Assembly: GCF_004010195.1 (NCBI RefSeq)
Contig: NC_057728.1
Coordinates: forward strand, 45,778,229 to 45,842,228
Source: Chiloscyllium plagiosum
Taxonomy: Eukaryota
Length of the DNA stretch: 64,000 nucleotides
Direction: 5' to 3'
The notes under the pieces were generated by a model. That model searched no databases, was not told the origin of the DNA, and was given only the letters and a program-made list of their open reading frames with translations. How positions within the stretch are numbered: the stretch's first letter is position 1; every line of letters starts with the position of its first letter. Of this stretch, positions 1 through 8,999 are shown piece after piece. The translations under genes and the position numbers were made by a program.

Positions 1-1322
1 ATTTTTCTGAAGGATCCCTAGCTTGAAGTCATTCATATCGATGGCCATTCTAATTGATTGGATAATGTTTGAAAGTGCCAGCACAGGCTCTCTTGTTAAA
101 TGGTATGCAATTTTTCAAAACATTTCTCAGTCCACACATCGTTCATTTTTTTTCTGTCAGGATCGTGGCTACTGTGTTGAAGTTTGGGACCCATTTTTGA
201 GAGAGTTCACACACTCCTCGAAATTCATGATTTCATGTTTTCTTGTGAGAATGGGAAACTCTTGTCTCTACCTTCACAGCCCTGGTCAATATTCATCCTT
301 GAACCATCATGTGTCCTTGATGGATCACTTGAGGCCTTAGTAAGACTGACCACTATGTCAGCTGACTGTATTTTCTGAAGGAGAATTTCCAGTTGCTCTA
401 AGTAGATTTCCCAGTGTTGCTGTGTACTAGGGACTTGGCGAGGTACACTGCACACTGAAATAACTCTGCCTCTGTTTGCTTCATCAGCAGTTGAACACTG
501 GCTGGGGGAATTTGGAGCCCAAAAAAGGCATAACAAAACATGACATAACCTGTCCAGAGTTATGTCGGTGGAGATATCCTTCGCACAGACAGTCAAGGAA
601 ACCTACCAGTATCCCTTGAGTAAAACTATCTGAGTAATTTAGGCTGCTTTGAATACAAAACCTTTGCAATTTTCTAGCCCAGGTGTGAAGTAGGAGTCAG
701 CTCTGGTCACTGCATTGAACCTTATTGAAGAGCCTTTTGAAGCTGTCTGGCCAGAGGACACGCATAACTGGGAGCTCTGGCTCCTGCTGCTGGGCTCTAA
801 CAGTTAGTGGTCCAACATGTAGTTAACCTCATATCAAGCCTTTCTAGGGATATTGTCTTATGAAGGGGTCATTCCCGTAGCCACATTATGTAGAGCTAGG
901 GAGCTACAGCTTGGTTTGTCTCACCATAAGTCTTTTACTGCAGTGAGTAGTCTTTTCAAATCTGTTCACTGTTCTGCACCCAAATGAGCTAATAAGTGAA
1001 ATAATTGCACCAATGCCAGTGTCCCCTCATCAAGTCACCCTTTATTTACTTGTGCACATTATACTGGCTGTGGCCAGCCAGCTCAGAATTAGTCCCCTGA
1101 ACTGAGGAAATTCTAAATCTCTTGGTTTTATTTTTTTTAAGAAAACAGCCAAGGAAACTCTCTTCCCCCACAGTACACTGGCTGTGCGACCAGCCAGTTT
1201 GGAGTCTGTCCTTAACTGAGGAGCTTCTAAATCCCCTGTTTTTTTTTCTCTGAGGAGATTCTAATCTCCTGATTATATTTTTTTCTTTTTTTTAAAGGGC
1301 AATACTGTGGACACTCCTGTTG

Positions 1323-1538
1323 TCTTTTTTTTCCTTTTTTATCAATTCATTTTTTCTTTTTTTACTTCTTTTTTTTAACCCCCACACTACCACCTATTTC
1401 CCCAGCACCCATGGTGTGTGTGTGTGTGTGTGTGTGTGTGTAGGTGTGAGACACAGTGAGAGACAAAAGGTGCACAAATCTTTATTCAATTTCCACCACC
1501 AGGAAGATAGGAAAACACCCGAGTGGCCAGTGACAAGC
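1323..1538 (-). mobile_element. Hairpin-tailed retro-element 3' end, copy 1 (hairpin partly deleted, TG repeat expanded)
   Basis: Similar to 1554-1706 and 1956-2094, with about 45 nt of extra 5' sequence and a long A-rich tail. Confidence 0.75.
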
Positions 1539-1551
1539 ACTCTCCTGATTA

Positions 1552-1553
<2 letters not shown>

Positions 1554-1582
<29 letters not shown>

Positions 1583-1706
1583 TTTTAAACCCCCACACTA
1601 CCGCCTAAGTGCGGTAGTGCTTATTTTTTCCCCAGCACCCATGGTGTGTGTGTGCAGGTGTGAGACACAGTGAAAGACACAAAGTGCACGAATCTTTATT
1701 CAATTT
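1554..1706 (-). mobile_element. Hairpin-tailed retro-element 3' end, copy 2
   Basis: Perfect 9-bp stem cactaccgc/gcggtagtg (1596-1619), poly(A) plus (TA)n tail, flanked by actctcctgattata. Confidence 0.8.
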
Positions 1707-1955
1707 ACTCTCCTGATTATATATATATTTTTTTTAACACACTATGTGCATCAGGAGTTTAACAATCATTCCTCACTAAAAGGAATGCCAGTTAACAAAC
1801 TGGCTAAGTAATTCAGCCAGTTCAGAAATCAGGTTTTTTTGCCCCTCCAAAAAAAGGGGGCAAAAACTAACAGTAACATACTGACCATAGTGTCAGTCCC
1901 CTAAACTGAGAAGGCTCTGAATCTCCTGTTTACATTTTTTTTTCCCTTACACTCC

Positions 1956-2094
1956 TTTTTTTTTCTTCCTTTTTTCCCCCCCACACGACCGCCTAAGTGC
2001 GGTAGTGCTTATGTTTTCCCCAGCACCCATGGTGTGTGTGTGCAGGTGTGAGACACAGTGAAAGACACAAACTGCATGAATCTTTATTCAATTT
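1956..2094 (-). mobile_element. Hairpin-tailed retro-element 3' end, copy 3
   Basis: Near-identical to copy 2 with the same 5' junction (caattt|actctcc); stem at 1984-2007 has one mismatch. Confidence 0.8.
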
Positions 2095-2384
2095 ACTCTC
2101 CTGATTATTTTTTTTTCAACACTTAAACTTTTTATTTACTTAAATCAGCAGCTGTGCCATATAGCTTCACAATTTGTGCACTTGATAGAAGGTTTCACTG
2201 AAGTTGACCCAAAAGCATGTTTACTTTCACCTTTCCCTTACTCAAATTCAGAGTTAATACCCATGAAAAAAGGTAGTACCAAAAACCTGACTCCATTCAA
2301 AAAAGGTAGACAAAAAAACACTTGTTAAAAAGAACATTTTGTAGGTGGTTTTAGAGGCACACTGATTTCAAAGTGGTGGATCTT

Positions 2385-2918
2385 TTAGCTGCTGCTCTCT
2401 CCCAGGGTGTGCTTGTCAAACAGGTACTCTGCCATGCCAGTCTGGGGAGCTCCCATACGGACCAGGTTGGTGATGAAGTCACCAAGCTGCTTGATAGCCT
2501 TGACTTGTTCATCCAAATAGTGAGTTTCCAGGAAGTCACACATATGAGGATCGACCTTGTCAGAAGCCAATTTGTGCAGCTCCAGCAGAGACTGGTTCAC
2601 AGTCTTTTCCAGATGGTGGGCACACCTCATGGCTTCTAGAGTATTGCTCCATTCATCACGGTCAGGTTTCGCGACATCCTGAAGGATCACACGGCCCCCT
2701 CGTTGATTTTGAAACTTCATCAGCTTCTCTGCATGTTCCCGTTCCTCATGGGACTGATGCTGGAAAAATTTGGCAACGTGTTTCAGAGCAACATCATCCC
2801 GGTCAAAGAAGGCATACATAGACATGTAGACATAAGAAGCATAGAGCTCCATGTTAATCTGGCGATTAATAGCCGCTTCGCAATCCTGGTGGTAATTCTG
2901 GCGAACCTGGGAAGCCAT
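2385..2918 (-). CDS. FTH1: Ferritin heavy-chain-like protein, intronless retrocopy with intact 177-aa ORF
   Basis: [29 protein letters not shown]...[10 protein letters not shown]...[10 protein letters not shown]...YLFDKHTLG. No introns. 3' UTR has AATAAA (2131-2136) and A9 (2108-2116). 15-nt TSD tactctcctgattat at 2094-2108 and 2928-2942. Confidence 0.93.
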   Translation of the reverse strand: MASQVRQNYHQDCEAAINRQINMELYASYVYMSMYAFFDRDDVALKHVAKFFQHQSHEEREHAEKLMKFQNQRGGRVILQDVAKPDRDEWSNTLEAMRCAHHLEKTVNQSLLELHKLASDKVDPHMCDFLETHYLDEQVKAIKQLGDFITNLVRMGAPQTGMAEYLFDKHTLGESSS

Positions 2919-2937
2919 TCTCTGATCTACTCTCCTG

Positions 2938-2972
2938 ATTATATTGGTCAGCCAGGGCTCTCCGGATTGGCC
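2938..2972 (-). promoter_or_regulatory. LTR core promoter: two CCAAT boxes and TATAAT
   Basis: Minus strand reads gccaatccggagagccctggctgaccaatataatcagg; TATAAT at 2943-2938. Confidence 0.55.
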
Positions 2973-4549
2973 CAGGTTAACAATCCAAAGCAACAAACCC
3001 GTAGTCAATGAGGTCAACCTGGTTCCAATCACTGCAATAAGGAATCTACATCTGTTGGGCATTTCTGCATTGGTTAATCAGCTATTAAAGTATTCAATGT
3101 GAGCCTCAATCCATCTCCCCCAAGCCACCCCCACTGATACCTAATCCTTTAGGTCTGGCCATGGGATAAATCTGTTATCTGCTTGTCCCCCTTCACAATG
3201 GTAGTATTGCTTTATCATGTTGTCATGGTCTTTGCTTTCTCTTCCAATCTGGCATATCAATTAAATTATTCACTTCCTTGAGTTTCTTGGCTTCTCCATG
3301 AGACTATTAAAGATTCAGCTGGTATTGGTAGGAACAGTAACTGTAATGTCTTGGCAGAAACATTTGAGCCCTGGCATGTTTATCTACCTGTTCTATCATC
3401 ACTGTCTAGGAGTCTTCCAAGTGTTGTTTATTTATTTATTCAGAACTGTCTTGTCCATAAGTCCAATATGACTGTATGTAGTTTGGGGTTCTGATCCATT
3501 GTTACAACAACAAACATGAAAGATCTGTATGATCTCGGCCCAAAATTGGATGCTGGAATTAAAATGCTATGTATAATGTTGCTATCTGCCAATATCTGAG
3601 AAGATTTCAACTTGATGAATTGCTGTTTTTCCACAAAGTGTCAGCTGTAGGAACATCTGAAAATCTTCCACTACCTCATAAAAGGCTCAGGCAAGGAAAT
3701 CAATTTAATAACAAGCCACTGAATGAAGGACTGTAAGTCTTTTAAATCGGGAGAGTTCAGTTGTAATCAAAATGCAATATACACAGGAAAAGATCTCAGA
3801 GGGATGAAGAGTGAAGTTACTTTTCAGAAATGTGTTGATCTTTTTTGATTGAAGCAAGTCTATTCTCCCAATCATCACCATTAATCAGCATTCTGCTCTG
3901 GCCTACCAGCAATGTGTTAAAATGCATGTTTCAGATGTATTTCAAATTCATAAATTCCCTCCCAGCAGCAGCACAGAGGACTATTTAATTTGGTTCTGTG
4001 ATGTACAGTTTGTGATTTTGAACTGCTGGCATGTGGAATTTGCTCTGTGTGCATGAAAAGATCAAAAAGGATTTGTCAATCTCCATGGGGCCATAAGTTT
4101 AAATCAGTATGTGCCAGAGATCGGGGACTAGGGCACCCCTGAATGATAATGTGAGTTTGTTTGTATTGTCAGAGTTTTATGATTGGAGAGCAAATATTGA
4201 AAAGCATTAGCTTACTTTTACTTTCGAATAATCAAGGGTTGATTTTAGCTTCAGAAAATGCAGAGATTGAAAAGCTTTTTAGCAGTTCTCTGAAGACCTG
4301 CATGGGGTCATTTGAAAGAAGAATTTCTTCTGAAGAAAAGAACCAGCTCAGAGCAGTTAGGACACAGGTAACTTGGCCATAAATATATTAGTTTGAAAAT
4401 TCCAGAGCAGAAGTGTTTGATTAGATCCCTGAAGGGATTACTTGAAGCTAAGTAAGTTTGAGCTCAGTTGTGTGAATAATGAAGGAAACCAATGTTCAGC
4501 AGGAAATTGAGAAACAAATTTTGTTAGGAGATCTCAGTTTTTATCTGTT

Positions 4550-7500
4550 AGAATAATAGGGTGGTTATGGAAGGGGAATTTAACTTGCCAAACATAGACT
4601 GGGACTGCCACAGTGTTAAGGGCTTGGATGGAGAGAAATTTGTAAAGCGTGTTCAAGGAAACTTTATGATTCAGTATGTGGATGTACCTACCTGAGAAGG
4701 TGCAAAATTTGGATCTATTCTAAGGAAATAAGGCAGGGCAAGTGACTGACGTATCAGTGGGGGAGCAATTTGGGGCCAGTGATTCTATTAGTTTTAAAAT
4801 AGTAATGGAAAAGGATAGACCAGATCTAACAGTAGAAGTTCTAAATTGGATGAAGGCTAAGGTTGACGGTATTAGGCAAGAACTTTCAAAATTGACTGAG
4901 GGCGGATGTTTGCAAGTAAAGGGACGGCTGGAAACTGAAGTCTTCAAAATGAGATTATAAGAGTCCAGAGACCATATATTCCTGTTGGGGTGAAGGGCAA
5001 GGCTGGTACGTGTAGGGAATGCTGGATGACAAGAGAATTGATGTTTTGTTCAAGAAAAAGAAGGAAGTATATTTTCAGATCTAGACAGCAAAGTGAATCC
5101 CTAGAAGAATATAAAGGCAGCAGGAGTATACTCAAGAGGGAAATCAGGAGGCCAAAAGGGGGACATGAAAAGCTTTGGCAAATAGTGTTCAGGAGAATCC
5201 AAAGGGATTCTACAAATACATTAAGGACAAAAGGATAACTAGGGAGAAAATAGGGCCCCCTAAAGATCAGCAGAGTCACCCATGTGTGGAAATGCAGGAG
5301 ATGGGGGAGACACTAAATGAGTATTTTGCATCAGCGTTTACTGGAAAAAGATATGGAAGATACAGAACATGGGGAAATAAATAACACATATCTGGAGAAA
5401 TGTCCATATTACAGAAGAGGAGATGCTGGACATCTTAAAACTCATAAAGGTGGATAAAATCACTAGATCAGGTGTACCCCAGAACTCTATGGAAAGCTAG
5501 GGAAGTGATTGCTGGGGTCCTTGCTAAGATATTTGTATCGTCAATAGCCACAGGTAAGGTGCCAGAAGACTGGAGGTTGGCTAACATTGTGCCAATATGT
5601 AAGAAAGGTGGTAAGGAAAGGCTAGGCAACTGTAGACCAGTGAGTCTGACATCAATGGTGGTCAAATTCTTGGAGAGAATCCTGAGGAACAGGTTTTACA
5701 TGTATTTGGAAAGGTAAAGATTGATTAGGGATAGTCAACGTGGTTTTGTGCATAGGAAATTGTGTCTTACTAACTTAATTAAGTTTTTTGAATAAGTAAC
5801 GAAGAGGATTGATGAGGGCAAAGCGGTGGACGTGACCTGTTTGGACTTCAGTAAAGCATTCAACAAGGTTCCTCAAGATAGACTGGTTAGCAAGGTTAGA
5901 AAACATGGAAGGTCATGCCTGACAATCTGTTAAAGTTCTTTGATGAGGTAACAAGCAGGTTAGACCATGGAGAGCCAATGGATGTGATCCATCTGGACTT
6001 CCAGAAGGCTTTTAATAAGGTGCCACACAGGAGGCTACTGAGTAAGATAACAGCTCATGGTGTTAGAGGTCAGGTATTACAGAAGGCAGAGATTGGGAAT
6101 AAAAGGCCCCTTCTCAGGATGGAAGTCTTGACTAGTGGTGTTCCACAAGGGTTGGTGTTGGGATCACAACTTTGCACTTTATACATTAATGTTCTGGATG
6201 AAGATGCTGAGAGCATTCTGGCTAAGTTTGCAGATGATACAAAGATAGATGGAGGGGCAGGTAGTATTGAAGAGGTGGGGAGGCTGGAGAAAGACTTAGA
6301 CAGGTTAGGAGAATGGGCAAAGAAGAAGCAGATGAAATGCAACATAGGAAAGTGTGAGGTCATGTACTTTGGTAGGAAGAATAATGCATTGACTGTTTTC
6401 CAAATGAGGAGAAAATTCATAAATCTGAAGTACAAAGAGACTTGGAAGTCCAGGTTTCTCTTAAGGTAAATTTATATTGAGTCAGTAGTTAGGAAGGCAA
6501 ATACAATGTTGTCATTCATCTTGAGAGAACTGGAATATAAAAGCAGTGATGTAATTCTGAGGCTTTATAAAGCTCTGGTCAGGTCACCTTTAAAGTATTC
6601 TGAGCAATTTTGGGACCCATATCTCAGGAAGATGTACTGGCCCTGGAGCAGGTCCAGAGGATGTTCACGAGAATGATCCCAAGAATATAAGCCTTAACAA
6701 ATGAGGAACATTTGAGGACTCTGGGACTATACTCAATGGAGTTTAGAAAAGATGAGAGGAGGATCTGATTGAAACTTACAGAAACTTACAGAGTGGACGT
6801 TGGGTAGATGTTTTCATTTGAAGGAGAGACTAAGACCCGAGGGCACAGCCTTAGAATAAAGAGAAGACCCTTTAGCACGGAGTTAAGAAGAAATGTCTTT
6901 ACCAAGAGAGTGGTGAATCTGTGGAATTCATTGCCATGGAAGGCTGTGGAGGCCAGGTCATTGAGTATATTAAAAATAGAGATAGATAGGTTCTTAATAG
7001 CCAAAGGGATTAAAGGTTGCAGGGAGAAAGTGGAAAATGAAATTGAAAAGCCTATCAGCCATGATCGAATGGTGGAGCAGACATGATGGGCCAAATGACC
7101 TAATTTCTGCTCCTACGTCTAATGGTCTTATGGAATACAGGGAGAACCAACCATTAGGATACAGAACTGGCTCAAAGGTAGAAGGCAGAGAGTGGTGGTA
7201 GAGGGTTGCTTTTCAGACTGGAGGCCTGTAACCACTTGGGTGCCACAAGGATCGGTGCTGGGTCCACTACTTTTCATCATTTATACAAATGATTTGGATG
7301 TAAACACAGGAGGTATGGTTAGTAGGTTTGGAGATGACACCAAAATTAGAAGTATAGTGGACAGTGAAGAAGGCTACCTCAGAGTACAATGGGATCTTGA
7401 TCAGATGGGCCAATGGGCCAAGGAATAACAGATGGAGTTTTTTTTAGATAAACATGAAGTGCTGCATTTTGGAAAGGCAAATCAGGGCAGAATTCTACAC

Positions 7501-8240
7501 TTAATGGTAAGGTACTGGGGTGTGTTGATGAACAAAGAGACCTTGAAGTGCAGGTTCATAGTTCCTTAAAAGTAGAGACACAGGTAAATAGGATAATGAA
7601 GAAGACGTTTGGTATGCTTGCCTTTACTAGTCAGGGCATTGAGAGTAGGAGTTAGGAGATGTTGTGGCTGTACAGCACATTGGTTAGACCACTTTTGGAA
7701 TACTGCATACAATTCTCGTCTCCCTCCTGTAGGAAGGATGTTGTGAAACTTGAAAGAGTTCAGAAAAGATTTATAAGGATGTTGCCAAGGTTGGAGGATT
7801 TGAGCTATAAGGAGAAGCTAAATAGGCTGGGGCTGTTTTTGCTTGGGTGTCGGAGGCTGTGGGGTGAACTTGTAAAACTTCATTAAATCATGAGGGACAT
7901 GGATAAGGTAAATAGACAAGGTCTTTTCCCTGGGTGTGGGGAGTCCAAAGATAGAGGGCAAAGGTTCAGAGTGAGAGGGGAAAGATTTAAAAGGGAACCT
8001 AAGGGAAACGTTTTCACGCTGAGGGTAGTGCATGAATGGGATGAGGAAATGGTGGAGGCTGGTAAAATTATAACATTTAAAAGGCATCTGGATGGGTATG
8101 CAAATAGGAAGGATTTAGAGGCATATGGGCCAAAAGCTTGGAAATGGAACTAGATTAATTTAGGATATGTGGTTGACATGGACGAGTTGGATCAGAGGGT
8201 CTGTTTCTCTACTGTACATCTCCATGACTGTCTGACGCTA
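4550..8240 (+). mobile_element. CR1 LINE (family A), decayed ORF2 and 3' tail, interrupted by a nested CR1
   Basis: Fragments NPKGFYKYIK, VPEDWRLANIVP, VPQGSVLGPLLF, LVRPLLEYC; tandem tail ctccatgactgtctgac. Confidence 0.9.
5911..7130 (+). mobile_element. CR1 LINE (family B), 5'-truncated, nested in family A
   Basis: LDFQKAFNKVPHRRLL, SGVPQG, KFADDTK; host sequence breaks and resumes at atggaa (5905-5910, 7130-7135). Confidence 0.85.
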
Positions 8241-8377
8241 AGAGGTTATCAGGCTTTCAAAACAGTGAATTAAAAGGAACAGTTAAGTTAAACCTATAAA
8301 CCTAAATACAAGAATTCTTTGGTATTTGAGAATACAAAGTGATTGTGTTGGGATACATAGGATTATGGTTGAGCTTA

Positions 8378-8680
8378 TGGTGTTGGAAATGTACAGCTGG
8401 TCAGGCAGCATCCAAGGACCAGGAGAATCGACATTTTGAGCATAAGCTCTTCTTTAGGAATGAAGCCCCATTCCTGATGAAGGGCTTATGCTCGAAATGT
8501 CAATTCTCCTGCTCCTCCGGTGCTGCCTGACCAGCTGTGCTTTTTCAGCACCACACTCTCGACTCTGATCTCCAGCATCTGCAGTTCTACCTGACGAAGG
8601 AACGGCACTCTGAAAGCTTGTACGTCCAAGTAAACATATTGGACGATAACCTGGTGTTATGTGATTTTTACCCTTGAAAA
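8378..8680. mobile_element. Penelope-derived inverted tail pair plus a second PLE-type tail
   Basis: Inverted gctgg..caggcagcatc unit; CTGATGA and CTGACGA...GAAA motifs at ~8474 and ~8591. Confidence 0.65.
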
Positions 8681-8999
8681 GTGAGTGTGTATGTATTTGG
8701 GGATATCTAGAGCTGGACGCAATTACATTACGTTTATACTACACTATGCAATTACCAGTTACTACATCTTTATTAAATTGATATTTTTTAAAATGAGCCA
8801 ACAACTGTTTACCTGTATTCAGAAACCTGGCTGATAAATATTATTGCCTAAACCTTGATATTGATAAGGTATTTACATTGCCATAACACCAACTAAAAAA
8901 AAACCTACTTTTATTTTCTGTGGCCCTCAGATTGATGGGATTAGAGCTACAGGGCATTCCTTCAGCCTGGATCAGAATGTTAAAGTGAATGCTTGAAAC

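Larger units (their letters stand above)
1116..2944 (-). repeat. Array of ~10 target-motif copies separating ~9 poly(A)-tailed cassettes
   Basis: Plus-strand motif (a/c)(a/c)tc(t/c)cctg(a/t)tta followed by a T run at ~1116, 1230, 1263, 1311, 1539, 1707, 1920, 1949, 2095; final copy at 2929 continues into the LTR promoter. Four copies are identical actctcctgattat. Confidence 0.85.
997..3036 (-). mobile_element. Gypsy-type solo LTR expanded by an internal insertion array
   Basis: Minus strand begins TGCAGTGATTGGAACC at 3036 and ends ...ATTATTTCA at 997. ATAAG flanks both sides (992-996, 3037-3041). Both ends resemble the LTR at 40154-40620, which precedes gag-pol. CCAAT, TATA and AATAAA (1041-1046) are present. 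Confidence 0.85.

Noticed and set aside
1..960. Short ORFs at the window start
   Set aside because: No motif I can assign with confidence; possibly an old repeat
1116..2944. CRISPR array
   Set aside because: Eukaryotic context, no cas genes, spacers of about 15-820 nt with poly(A) tails; the repeats are better explained as target-site duplications
2919..3062. 48-aa N-terminal extension of ferritin in the ORF track, a possible targeting peptide
   Set aside because: It runs through the TSD, the LTR and the flanking DNA and starts upstream of the LTR, so it is most likely a chance open frame
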